Positions 41,500 to 54,298 of a stretch of 64,000 bases of DNA are shown one piece after another; positions within the stretch are counted from its first letter, which is position 1; the number at the start of each line of letters is the position of its first letter. The DNA comes from Trichoplax adhaerens (lineage: Eukaryota; Animalia; Placozoa). The notes under the pieces are model-generated. The model had not been told where the DNA came from. It ran no database searches and saw only the letters and a program-made list of their open reading frames with translations. Both the position numbers and the translations under genes were made by a program. The stretch spans positions 2,927,183 to 2,991,182 of the forward strand of contig NW_002060948.1 of the NCBI RefSeq assembly GCF_000150275.1, given 5' to 3'.

Positions 41500-42038
41500 T
41501 AGTAAGTTCCAAACTAAAAGAAAAATCCATAAAAACAGATCGACAGACGATCTATGCTAAGGTGTAGTTACTTAGTTTAAAAAGAAAACATACTAGTATG
41601 TAGCCAAATTTGCTTTTTCTGAAATAACTAAGATTTAAGGAAAAAATGCTAAAATATCAGCTCTGCATATACTGTATAACCGACATGGACAATAAAATTA
41701 TCTTATTACTCTCGAATTTGAGGTGATTTCTTATAGGTATCGATTTTCTGCCGCTATTACGAATCGATATTCTAAAACGATTATAGTGATTATTGTTAAA
41801 TAATATGAGAATAATGGCCTGAAATAGCTTACCTAAGTATAGTTTAAGAAAAACTCTATCACTCTTAAAAAGAGTAGAGTTATAGGTAGAAAGTTTATTG
41901 TTTTTAAGAAAGTTTGATGAATTTTTATCGTGTTCCAATAACAACAAGATAACCAATACATCACCAATAATACCACTCAGGCCATGGCTTCTGGCTGAAT
42001 ATATTGGCACATCATTATTTAGATAACATTAATGGCAT
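41500..42038 (-). pseudogene. Highly degenerate 5' half of a cluster GPCR
   Basis: ATG CCA TTA ATG TTA at 42038; GLSGIIGDVLVILLL (TM1); RVFLKLYL (TM2 start); IDRL near 41545-41556. Confidence 0.65.
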
Positions 42039-42109
42039 TATTCTAGAGATAGAATATAGATTAATGCAAAAAATAATTATAGAACTGATATTCAAAGCAG
42101 TTAAGTAAA

Positions 42110-42499
42110 AAATCAATATTCATACGCTAGTATTTGATGCAAAGGGGACTATAATTTAATCTATGCTCTAACATGATCCCTTTAAATGTTGACCATTATA
42201 TTGAATTATAATAAAATCATGTTAAAGATGAATCGCCTATAATAATAACTACTAATCATAGCCCCTGGCCAGATATATATTGACGTAACATTATTCATAC
42301 AAAATAGATGATATTATTCTATAGATAAAATATAGAGTCATGCAAAAAGTAATCATCAGTCTATTTAGTCAAAGTACGTAATAAATTGATATTCGTGTGC
42401 TAGTCTTCGATGTAAAGCAAACTGTGTTTAATCTACATGCTGACACGATGCCATATAATTTTGACCATTATATTGAATTATAATAATATCATATTAAAG
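42110..42499. repeat. Diverged direct duplication of ~120 bp, period ~272 bp
   Basis: TTGACCATTATATTGAATTATAATAA.ATCAT.TTAAAG at 42189-42227 and 42461-42499, with weaker similarity upstream. Confidence 0.75.
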
Positions 42500-44000
42500 C
42501 GATTGTACAGGTGTCGTGCTATTAGTGTACTGTAGAATTTTCACGAGTTTCGCTAGTTGTAATTAATTAATGTAATTAAGGTAAACTAAAGAAATTATGT
42601 AGCACGAAACTGTTGATTGATATGCTATAATGCTGTCTAATTGGAGAAATTATCGCATAAAATAATATTAAATTAGATTAAATAGCTTTATGAAATTTTT
42701 ACAATCATGTTTGATCGATTCATGTGAAAACTACTGCAATAAGTATTATTTCTATTCCTACTATGAAACGGCCACTCAATAATTATCTCTAAATAGTAGC
42801 AGGTAAAAACAGTTTATTACTTAATTTTGTTGTTGAATATTACTGTAGCAAACTTAGACGTCGTAATCTATAGATAGCCCGATTTCAGACTGAATACCCT
42901 CCTTAATTCTATATTAAAGTTATAGCTATCGGTTCCAATTTATGTACTAATAGCACTCGACTATTCTAACGTCCAAAAATCTTGTATCTTTGGCACAATT
43001 AGTCTTTTATGGATTGGTGCCGCCAACTTTACCATTTATCATCGGGCCTTACTTGGAACGTATTTCCTACATTTACCCTCTAATTTTTATAAATAGTAGG
43101 TTCTTTACTATTTCACGGTATATAACATGTTTAGGAATTTAAGTCATTGCTAGGAGTAGAGGCTACAAAACCTCTATAATAAAGCACTTCCTCTTTCAAT
43201 GTGGTGCCTTCAGTAAATCACGGTATATATTGACGGTTAAAGGTATCTTAACTTATATCATTCATATTGTTTTCATTTCTTGCGCCGAAGTTATAGATTA
43301 CTTTTCATGGATTTTTGGCGTTTATAAAGTTGATCCGTGGAGATATTTTGATTTGTCAAAGTAATTTGTTTAGTTATAGCCATTCGATTCCGTAACTAGC
43401 GATTGTATAAACGTATATGCTTAGCAAATCAAGAGAACTTGCTCCCTCTAGTCGGTAGTACTTTGGAGCTTTTAGTCTAAATTAAACTATCCTTATTTAT
43501 TCCAATTCTATGTACTAACGGTTAAGATTTCATTTATTATAAATCTAATTCAATTACAAATTCTATACGATTGGAATTGCTTTAAAATATTGAACAGATT
43601 TTGATAAACAATTAATATGATCAGATGTACAAAATTTTGCAGTTATTGATAAATTAATAAATACGTAATAATTTCATTAAAGTTGCTGGGCTCTATATAG
43701 TTATTTGATTATTACCAATAGCATTCGCAATTCCGATGATAATATCACCAGATTAATCAATCACAATCATAGATACAAATATTCAGGGTGAATGTATAAT
43801 GATGCAATTCATTTGTCATATTTATTCAATATCTAATGATCATTGTTAGTGTTGATTTTTTATCTTATAAAAATCATAGAAACTTGCAGTAAAATAATGA
43901 GCTTATTTTTTATGAGAATTTGCAATCATGGGGCTTATAGGCAAGATTTCCAGCTTTATAGTATTAATTATAAATTTTAATACCTATAACTAGATGAATT

Positions 44001-45017
44001 TTAACTTTTTCTCATTGATAAAAGAAAAACTAGAGGATTAATACTACAATTAATCTGTATGCTTAAACTTGCTACTATCATAGCTATTTTAAATGCCCCA
44101 TTAGTATATAGCAAGTAAAATCTTAGAGTTGCAAGTAAAGATATAGCTAAGGAAGGAATCCAAGCAGCTAGATTTGAGAAGACTATTGCAGCGGTAATAA
44201 TTAGAACTTTTTTCGCAATTCTTTGATCAATACGACTAGATTTCGGTAATTTACTCGTATTTTTGCTACATCGTATTTTGTATGCTATAGCTATATAACA
44301 GCATGCTGCAGCTCCATACGCTCCTACACCGGCCAGGACTAGTCCGGTGAGAAAAATTCTAATATATTCATTTTCTATATTATCCAAAGTACATAAATTG
44401 TGATAAAAATAATTTGTAAATTGGTCCTTCAAATTTAATGTAATATAAGCAAAGACACTACCAATCACAGCTGAACAGATGCCACAAGCCCACGATGAAT
44501 AAATCAAAATCTGAAGACGCTTGGTTCTTAAACGCAAAGTCATGCTGTTTGAAGTGAATACACTTATAAATCGATCGACGGCTATTAAAACTGTTAGACA
44601 TGTCGTAGCGCCAACAGAAAAGAAGTTAAAAAATCTTGCAATATAACAAGGTGGACTATGCATCCATGTAGCATAAATTAATGTATAATTAAATGTGGAT
44701 GAAACATTGGAACTATAGTCACCCAGATTCAGAAATCGATAGTGTATATCCGCTCCAGCAATAATCAATAAGTAAATGCAGCCTATGAGATCAGATATTG
44801 CTAAATTAAAAATTAATTTAAGAAATATTGAACTTCTAGATGAGTTTTTCACCCTACCAGTGGGATACTTTCGAATAAGCTTACTCATGATTTTAGAGGA
44901 CCTTTTTCCAACCTTAAAAATTTTGATGATTACAGATATATTACCAATGGTTCCAATAATACCACAAACCCAAACTAGAGTAATGACGGTAGTATTATTA
45001 TACAGGATAGACGCCAT
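44001..45017 (-). CDS. Intronless LGR-like 7TM GPCR (338 aa)
   Basis: MASILYNN, NLAISD, WMHSPPC, VDRF, YHNLC, SNLAAWIP, NCSINPLVF. Confidence 0.95.
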   Translation of the reverse strand: MASILYNNTTVITLVWVCGIIGTIGNISVIIKIFKVGKRSSKIMSKLIRKYPTGRVKNSSRSSIFLKLIFNLAISDLIGCIYLLIIAGADIHYRFLNLGDYSSNVSSTFNYTLIYATWMHSPPCYIARFFNFFSVGATTCLTVLIAVDRFISVFTSNSMTLRLRTKRLQILIYSSWACGICSAVIGSVFAYITLNLKDQFTNYFYHNLCTLDNIENEYIRIFLTGLVLAGVGAYGAAACCYIAIAYKIRCSKNTSKLPKSSRIDQRIAKKVLIITAAIVFSNLAAWIPSLAISLLATLRFYLLYTNGAFKIAMIVASLSIQINCSINPLVFLLSMRKS

Positions 45018-46409
45018 GATATGAATAATATCTTTAGTGCTCTAAATTTGGATTTTAGAAAGATTTCCTTTCACCTGATCAGCTGATTATAATTCTCTGT
45101 ACTATACTAATTCTGATTAATTGCACCTTGATTATTTTATGCTTATGATACTGGATAAGTTAAGAAACTGTTAAAATGTTATTTAAAATCGAAGCTTTTC
45201 AAACTGTTACATATCCTGCGTTGAACGATAAATTTCAAAATTTTATCAACTTGGCATAACAATACTTCAAATAATTAACTTACCTAGATACTTTGTTAAT
45301 GAATATTCGATTTCAATTGTTTCGATAATTCCGGTTTTGTAAAAAAATTTATTTACCGTCGAAAGACATACCGACAATATCTTTGTTAAAAAACATTAAT
45401 ACTTGGCAATGTATAAAAATATGCTGTTTAAGAAGCAATATTTTGAATTTAGATTAGCTTAGTCCTATTAAACACTGTACTACAGGGTATCGCTTACCTG
45501 ATCGCATACTCTTACTAACATTGAATATCGGTAATTTATAGCATTTAGCTTATATGCTGTATTGTCAAAAGATAACATTATAATCATATCAAAATTGAAG
45601 GCGTTTCTCAATAAATATCAATCGTCTCATTATATAGTTTACAATTTATAAAACGGCTGAGTTAACCTATTGTATATTAATAAGTTAAATAAAATCTAAG
45701 AACGTAGGAAATGCCTTCTAATTTTAGTTTCATGTAGCTATATCAATGGTAAATGATATTATTATGTGATTTAATTAAGAGGAGATAGACGCTAGAAACA
45801 AATGTAACCTTTGCTATTCTGTCTTTTATTTTCGATATTCGCATTGTTGTTGGTTAAAGTAGTATTTTTCCCCATATTCTTACTCAATAACCGTGCAATG
45901 CTATGCTTTGTAATTGTAAGGCCAATAATTAAAGTATAACGTAAAAATATAATTAGACCTTTTGATAGTTATTTTATATTTCTTCAATAGTACGGCAAAA
46001 CGTAATTGCTTGCCAGTATGCTGGTAAGATATGCTATTCTGATTACTGATAACATATATAGCGCGAGTGCGCGTGTTTAAACTCTAAGCGTAATAGCCAT
46101 GATTGCTATGGAGATTTAATGGAATATGCGCTCTAATTAGCCAAGAAATTTATAATGACATCACCTCACGAGCACAACAGCGCTGTATTTAAACCGGTTG
46201 ATTGAGGATATACTTTGCGTCTCAGAGATTCTTACGTACATCTCATGATATTACAATAGTCCGAGATTTATTGTTGCATAGCACGATAAGGGTTTATTAA
46301 CTTAGTTAGTTGACACTTCTTGTAAACCTGAATGAATTGACTTCAGAGCACGAAATTAGTTTTATAATGAATGATTCACCATATCTCATCTAATTTCATG
46401 ATCGTCACA

Positions 46410-47379
46410 TGTTAATAGAAAATTTAATATACTGATTTGTAAATATGAAATCCCTTTAAACGTTTTTGATTAATTTTACAGGCTAAAACTTCTAGCAGAA
46501 TAGTCTTCTAAATCAGGGCAAAACTTTCGTACGCCATTGGATTTGAGCTAATAGTATTGACGGTACGACATAAAATTTTTTCTCGCAGTTTTCTAATCAA
46601 TTTGGCCAGCTCTTGGTAATAGCGTTCTATTTTTGATACGTGGTATTTTACAAGCTATAGCTATATAAAAACATGCTGTAATGCAATAGTTTATTGAACC
46701 TGTGAAGACTTGTATGATGAGAAATAATCTAATCTGCTCATTCCTTATATTGTCTAGGGTGAAAAGGCTATATTCTGTATTTTGGCACTGCAATAGTAGC
46801 ATAATGTGAGCAAAGATAATCTCAAGCACGGCTGAGCAAATATTACCACTCCACACTATAAAAATAAAAAATCTTAAGACACATGCCATTTAAAGCCCAA
46901 AGTCAGATTAGCTGTATAGATTGTACTTAAAATCGATCGACAGAGATTAAAGTTATTAAACCTATCGTAGTGAGGATAAAAAGGAAAGTAAAAAATCTTT
47001 TAATGTAACAAGCTTAACTACAGATCCATACAGCATAAATTACGGTACAATTAAATCTTAATCTAAAATTAGAGCTATGGTCGCTAAAAATCATAATCGA
47101 TATTATAAACTTGCTCCAGCGATATTTAATAAATTTAAACCCATCCTATGAAATCAGATAAAGCAAAATTAAAGAGTAATATAAGAAATATTTGACTGCC
47201 TAATAAATTCTTTATTCAGCGACTTTTGCCGCTTTTAAAAGATTTATCCATGGTTTAAATGAGCTCCTTCTAACCTTGGAAGTTTCAAGCAACACCTAGA
47301 CGTTAGCAATCGTTGCAATAACACCAACGATCCAAGCTAGAGTAATAATGAGGATATCATTATACAGCATAGGCGTCAT
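46410..47379 (-). pseudogene. Cluster GPCR pseudogene (44001 subfamily)
   Basis: MTPMLYNDILIITLAWIVGVIATIANV* start; VDRF; TLDNIRNEQIRLFL...FYIAIACKI; TM7 homology ends at SIN, next to an LTR-like TGTGAC. Confidence 0.88.
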
Positions 47380-47890
47380 GCAATGGATATTATCTGTACT
47401 ATAATGAACTTCTAATTTTAATTTCATAAGCAGTCAATTCTGCGCTAAAATGTGGAATTTACAAAGTCAAGATGTAATGGATATTATCTTTCGAATCACA
47501 CTAAAAATTGCTAAATTTATTTGCACACTGTAGCTGCGGAAATACCAAAACAAGAAACTTATCTGAAGATATTCCAGCTAAAACCTAAAGCGAAAATTTT
47601 ATCTAATTGATTAACTAAGATTTACTAGTAAACATCTAGTAAAGTACCTACGATGCGTCTCTACTATTAATACCTGTACCAAATTATTAATTATCGTCGC
47701 AGAATTGAGCAATTTTTAAAGCCATTACAGTCTTTATGTTCCTACGATTTTCACAAACATAGTTATCATATATAAGTTTTCATCATCACTATTTAATATT
47801 TTAATCAGATTTTCGTGACGATTATAATGCACCGAAACATTATACTCAATAAACAAGTACACGAAATATCATGAATAGAATGTTTGGGTA

Positions 47891-48501
47891 TGTTACGATA
47901 CTAGTCACCGTGTTTTGTAAATTAGGTTGTTAGTCTCTAAAATTGTTTATTACTTGAAGTATTAATTAAAAATATGGATTAATTATTGGCTCCAGTAAGA
48001 GTTACTATTAATTAATGTTGTTAATTAATATAGTGGTGCTGAGCCTCTAGCTGTTAATTAGATATTCATGGTGATAATTGATTGATGGTGTTTACACCCG
48101 ATCTATATTAATTGATGTTGTTTACACCTTGACTCGAGCCATACTGAGCCATATAATAATTGTAGTCCTGTTTCTCATACTAAGTGAGTAAATTGTATTA
48201 TATGTGTTTCTCTACTTTGCACCACCTACGTGTGGCGACTGTATATAAGCCCGAGCAGAAAATATATCGCTCAGATGATACTTCTCTAGTGTACGACAAG
48301 GTACTCTACTCTCGTGGCATGACCAGAAGTAAAAACTCATAAACTAATCTTACAACAAGCCGCTTATTTATACTTTTGAGGAAGTTGTTAGTCTTGCTTA
48401 CAGTATCTCTCCATAGTTAGTTGGTGACTAAGTAGCAAGTAAGTTAGTTGATCACTCACATTAGAAGAGAGTAGACAGTGGTATTACTCGTGTGAGTGAC
48501 A
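47891..48501 (+). mobile_element. Solo LTR (611 bp), single copy in this window
   Basis: TGTTAC...GTGACA ends; perfect 5-bp TSD GGGTA; GTATATAAGC TATA at 48241. Confidence 0.9.
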
Positions 48502-48558
48502 GGGTAGTTATACTGTACAGCTAAAATATAATTGCACAACAGAACGATCTAACTTATA

Positions 48559-49596
48559 CTAGCGACGAAAGATTTGTATGTTGTTATGGGTTAATAGTAA
48601 AAGTACTATTGGATTAATACTGGCATTGCTTTGTAAGATTAACGTAATTATTACTATCATAAATTGTAAGTTATTATTCGATTCAATAATCTTACCATTG
48701 GAAACAGTAATAAAAGTTAATGTTAAAGATGGAATCCAGACTAAAAAACTAGTGCAACATATAATAGCGGTTACGAATAAGATTTTTCTTTCAATTCTTT
48801 GGTTGATACCAATAGGCCTAGCCAATACCGATGAAAGACTGGCTTTATTATATCTTAATTTTCTCCATATAGTAAAGTACATGAATAGAATAGAGAAATA
48901 ATTGATAGAGCCAGATAAAGTCAAGGCCAATAGTAATATTTTAACGTGTAGATAACTGAGATTATCAATTGAACATAAATTATGGTAGCGAAAACTTCTG
49001 TTATGAGACATAAAAGGTATTGTCATCGATGCAAAAATATCGGCCACGGAAGCAGTTATCATACTGCATAGCAACGATATGGTAGATAAGCGAATAGCAC
49101 GTTTCGCAGTTAAACGTAAATTTGGAGAAAATGGATAAATTACGTTTAGAAATCGGTCCAATGCGATGAACCAAGTAATCATGGTCGAATGACTTACCGA
49201 TGTAATATTAATAAATCTTGCTGCATAACAACCTACGTTATTTAGCCACATAAAATAAATCACTGTATCATTTGTGGAAGAACTGGTAACGTTATTATGA
49301 TCTGTGCAAATGAACCGATATCTCACATCAGCAACAGCGAGAATAAGTAAATATATTGAACCGATAAAATCAGCTATAGCTAAATTAATAACAAGAATGC
49401 CAAACGTTTGATTCTTAGCAGTCGGCCTTGCTCTAGAAACAGCTGTTGCTGTTAATACATGAACACGAACAGCACTGGCTGTTTTACGATATTTTATAGC
49501 TTTAAAAAAGATCAAACCATTCGCTAAGAATCCAATGATACCAAGAATCCATACCATAGCAATAATAGCAATTTCATTGTAAAGGATTGAAGTCAT
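48559..49596 (-). CDS. Intronless LGR-like 7TM GPCR (345 aa from the conserved ATG)
   Basis: ORF-track start at 49665 is TTG; the family start MTSILYN is the ATG at 49596. NLAIAD, WLNNVGC, LDRF, YHNLC, TSFLVWIP, NASINPIVL. Confidence 0.95.
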   Translation of the reverse strand: MTSILYNEIAIIAMVWILGIIGFLANGLIFFKAIKYRKTASAVRVHVLTATAVSRARPTAKNQTFGILVINLAIADFIGSIYLLILAVADVRYRFICTDHNNVTSSSTNDTVIYFMWLNNVGCYAARFINITSVSHSTMITWFIALDRFLNVIYPFSPNLRLTAKRAIRLSTISLLCSMITASVADIFASMTIPFMSHNRSFRYHNLCSIDNLSYLHVKILLLALTLSGSINYFSILFMYFTIWRKLRYNKASLSSVLARPIGINQRIERKILFVTAIICCTSFLVWIPSLTLTFITVSNGKIIESNNNLQFMIVIITLILQSNASINPIVLLLLTHNNIQIFRR

Positions 49597-50660
49597 GTTA
49601 AAGCTATATCGAGTAATTTGCAAATGTAGGACTTTTGCCACTGATGGTTCATAAGTTTTATTCAATCAATCAAACGTTGCTTACTCGTTAATACTATAGA
49701 GTGATTCGTAATAGCTAATTTTGCAAATTAAATTATTGTAAAATATCAGAATTTCGTTGAGACTAACATCATCGACTTGAAATTAATCACTAAGTAGTAG
49801 CACATCATTAGCAATGTTTCTTGATCTTCCATAATTTAATTATGACGTCAGAGGAGTCATGGCACTATGTTATATATTTAATCAAATTAATTAGATTAGA
49901 ATTTATCATCCTCTTAGCTAGATCAACTCACTTTAGCACTTTTTGATATCTATCCTTACAATGATACTTGATGCCGACGACTCGATTTTAAATAGACTTG
50001 TAATAGGTCTACTTAGCTAAATATTTGTATATGAATAGAAATGTAAGCTACGAAATACTCCTTCGATTGTAAATAGCGCGGAATAATAGTACTGGACTTG
50101 ACACCTTGAATGCATCCTTTATATATGAATGTCGCAAATTTTCTTCTTTGTGAACATTTAACTCCTCTAGTAACTAATACCCTAATGCACTCGGGGTACG
50201 TATAGGTAATCAATTACTCGAAAAGTATTCAGGTAAGAAGTTTATTATATCGCTCAACGAGCCTATATGACTACGGAATTTCGGAGCAACTAGTCGTTGT
50301 GAGCTCGCTCCTTTTATACTCTCTGGGAGCGGCTGCTGATGCATTCTAACTAGCTGAGCTCTAATCATTTTCTACGTTTAGTATTACGGGGGCAAGGCAC
50401 CGTAGCAATGAAGTATAAAAGCTTCTTCTACATTATCAACATACTGGTATCCTTGTTATTTACTCCTTTATTGCATACTGTAATCAATAATGGGGAATAC
50501 CCTTCTTAGGTCTGTAAACATATATTATAGCAGTATTTCTTTGTAATAGTACAGGTGCTTGGTATACTTTGTTCAATTTATATTTAATCAAGTAGCGATA
50601 TATCTAGCTATATCTACCCTTTTATAATAAATAGTACGTTTAGTCGCTTCTTAGTGGTAT

Positions 50661-52036
50661 TGTGACATGGCCGATCACGAAATTCCAAGTTCATAGAAAA
50701 TTAGAACTTTATTAGATCTTTTACGAGGATAATCTATACCACGGTTCTATTGTAGCCAAACACAACTTGTGGAAAGACTTCCAGTTATTTTGGCGTCGAG
50801 AAGAGGATTTCTGCTGATAACATAGTTATCACGCTTGTTGCTATATCATTGCACACATTTTACGTTGATATAAAATATGCTTTCACGAATATAATTCATG
50901 GATAAGCAGTCTTAATTTGTTGCTATTTACCCGGATGATTGTTATTTGTGAAAAGTTTGTGGTTTATCCGGGTAGTTCTTTAAAACTATTATAATGTAAC
51001 ATTAATCATTCTCTTACATTCTACCTCCATTCTGTACTTCCAATTGTCTTACCTTACGATTACATACACTGATTTTAGCTCACAGACTTATATTAATAAT
51101 TATTAAATCTGCCTCAACTTATTCGTTACAGTTTCCCTAACAAACGTTACATTATTTTACACTCTACTGTATACAAGATTCATTACTTGGCTCAAGCAGT
51201 ACTGCGAATCACATACATATGTAATGACCGAGTAATAGTCTTTTACTATTACTATAGGTTCGCGACCTCTAACTCTTAATCTGAGTTATTTAAGTTAAGC
51301 AAATCCTTATGATATGTAATAAACCGTCACAACCGAGAGAGTAGCTTTAAAACTACGTTTATTATTCCGTCTGTCCGTGAGGGTGAATTCAATTTTCACC
51401 TCTCATATAATCAGTCGAAAACGGCTACGATAAACCGGATAAACGGACTTAAATTATTTTTACAAGCAATCATTTCCATACAAAATTATATAGCATAAGC
51501 TTACATCCTATAGTTAACGTATTAATATAATACTGTTAAAAACCAGAAATTGACCCTGGTCAAGATGAACCGGATAACTTTTAACGCGTGACTAATAGTT
51601 TATCAATATCTACACTATAACATAAATAGCAGAGCTTAACATCATTGAAATCATTACAACATAATAATTCTAGAAAAAATTGCTGAATAATCTGAAGTTG
51701 CTCGCTTAAATATTTTTCGCAGTATTCGCAACTTCAATCCACATAGCAACATTCTACCTTTAGTTTATAATTATTCAGATTATCATTAGTAACAAATTTT
51801 TACAGCGAACCATCAATAATCTGATATGATAACTGCTGCAGTACTTAGGTAGACATTATTTCTATCAGCCACAGTGACTCAATACTCCGCTGTATACAGT
51901 GGTCTGTATGCTAACATAGAATCTTCAATTACAGTCTATGGCTATGAGCTACTGAATAAGACTTACGGTAAATAAAGAAGCTGCTATACCGTACATCATA
52001 CTAAACATGGCTAATCCTACACTAAATTACGCTACG
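50661..52036 (-). mobile_element. Family E solo LTR split by nested insertions (E parts 50661-50784 and ~51668-52036)
   Basis: Both parts align in order with 38358-38907; outer TSD GGTAT/GGCAT; inner junction duplication TTCCAG/TTCTAG. Confidence 0.8.
51220..51658 (-). mobile_element. Solo LTR family D, nested
   Basis: Perfect 8-bp inverted ends TGTAATGA...TCATTACA; perfect TSD ACATA; reverse-complement similarity to 22305-22810. Confidence 0.9.
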
Positions 52037-54298
52037 GGCATGTTTTGTAATCATTGCCTGGGCCATAAAATTTATGAAACATCTTAAAAATAGGGACATC
52101 AGACAGGACATAGACAATAATTAACTATTACAGTGGTTTAGTATACTGTAAATCAGTCTTAATGTAAAGTAAATTAATCCTAATTTTTTTATAAACTAAT
52201 TTTACGGTACCGCAAATCTAATAATTCACTCAGCCTTAATAAAGAGCAAGGAGCATTCTGAAGTTATGCTACTTCTTTGGAATCTGCAAAATTTGAAAAG
52301 CATCCCCTTGATATTTAAAAGATACGCCTAGATCTAGATACTGTATAAATAAACGGGGCTGCAATAAAGCTATGAACTATTCTGACATATCGGTAATATT
52401 AATATTAATGGTGCATGAATTAATGAGATTTTTGTAATATACGACTATAGAGACTTTGCTTTCATGTTACTTATTGTGAGTATAATCTACGACCTGTCAT
52501 ATAATAATTTATAGTGGAAGTATAGCCATTTAAGAATAAGGTAAACAATACGGTCCAATGCATATTCATTTTTGGATGAGTATCATGTTCTGCAATTTTA
52601 ATTCAAGTTGGTTGTTTGCCTGTAAGTTTGTCTCCTTATGGTAAGACGTTGTATTATTAAGTCAAATTTATTAACATAGAAACGTACTGATAGTAAAACT
52701 AGATTTCTTGACCTTATTGATTATTAACTGCTTATAAATAACACTTATTACTTATAATTGCTGCTTACCAATTGCTTATAAATAATTCAGCTAATGCCTG
52801 ATCTTACAAATTGCAATCAGAAAATAATTTCACGGTATATGTTTTGGCAATATAGGAGGAATCAAGGAAGAGTTCTATCACAAACCATAATAACATTAAT
52901 TTCAGAGTGTAATAGGCAAATACCGAGCTAGGTAAGCCCGATATTAGATTCTTAGAGCTTTGATTTCTCCTTATAGATTTTGATTTATAACAGCAGCTCA
53001 ATAGCAATAGTAAATGAGCATGACTTCAAGGGAAAGATAAAAAGGAAAGCATTTAATTTCTAACCCAATGCTAATTATTTTATCTTAAGAAATGTCATAA
53101 TATATTGTCACACTAGGTATTTTTTTCCGCCTCTGCTGTGAACTTGATGATAGTATAAACATCACACTGTTAGTTCTACTAAATACAAAGAGACTCTAAT
53201 TAAAAATATAATAATTACTCAAAACTTCAATCCAACAGGATATTCAAAAATATACATACAGGCTTTGCATTAATTCATCGATGCACTTGGTTAGAGTCAA
53301 CTCTCCCTACATCCGCCTGTTGGTACTCGTATTGATCACAGTAACGTTAAGTGTTTATTTTTACTAACTCAATAGTTTTCTTAAGAATGGATGATTCCAG
53401 TGATATAGGGTTTTGGGAAGAAAACACTTTCACACAAAATAAGCTCTTAACGCTACGCACTATTTACTTATATGGCACTCGGAAAAGTGCTAAGAACAGA
53501 ATAGTTACAAATTATTAATTCACAACATCAGGCTTAGAATAACAACAGATATTTTGTATATTTATGAAATTTAAGACCAAAATTCTGATCAGCGCGGTCA
53601 ATTAGATCATACATTGTATGAATTATTAATACGCAACGTAGAGAATACAAAAGTACTAAAAATGATTTTGTTAATTTGATAGTTGTATAAGCATAACTTT
53701 ATTCAGGATTCTCGGAAGAATTACTATTACCGGTATTATTTCTTTTCGAACATAAATAACAATTAGCTTTTTTCATTAATATTCTTCACGTAATCTGCTT
53801 TATGCTACGAAGCAGAAGAGTCTTGTATATTATGCAGGATAAGAATAAGTTTATGACAGTCATTTATGAATTTAAGCTACCGTCTATTTGCCGAAAATCT
53901 AATAATTCTAATGAATCCTTGAGAAGCTAAAACCTGAAGCGAAAAATTAGAAATTTTGTTTGATATAGCAAGTTCCCTAATCGTTAAACTTGATAATAGC
54001 CTAATGAAGAAATTTCACCTATAAATACAAACTAGTAATGTGTATGGTATAATTTTTAGACTTCGTTAATAGTAATAACGAAAAAACTATGTTCTCATTG
54101 ATGATAGCTGTTAAACATATAGAAATTAAACTAGATATATTATTAATCTATGATTCTAGGTATTAGTTTTAAACTATTAGCTATTATTATGAGTAATATG
54201 ATATTACCATATACAGTAACAGTAAATATGAAATAATTTGGAAAACGAGTAAAGCAATTTGTCAATAAAAGAACCTAAAATTAAGACGTGATCATAAA

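Noticed and set aside
44776-45024. Plus-strand 82-aa ORF
   Set aside because: Antisense shadow of the GPCR at 44001-45017; no independent motifs.
48578-48901. Plus-strand 107-aa ORF
   Set aside because: Antisense shadow of the GPCR at 48559-49596.
49597-49665. 23-aa N-terminal extension of the 368-aa ORF
   Set aside because: Depends on a TTG start; the family-conserved ATG is at 49596.
49999-50560. LTR-like segment with minus-strand GTATAAAAGG and AATAAA
   Set aside because: No matching CA end or TSD found; single copy here.
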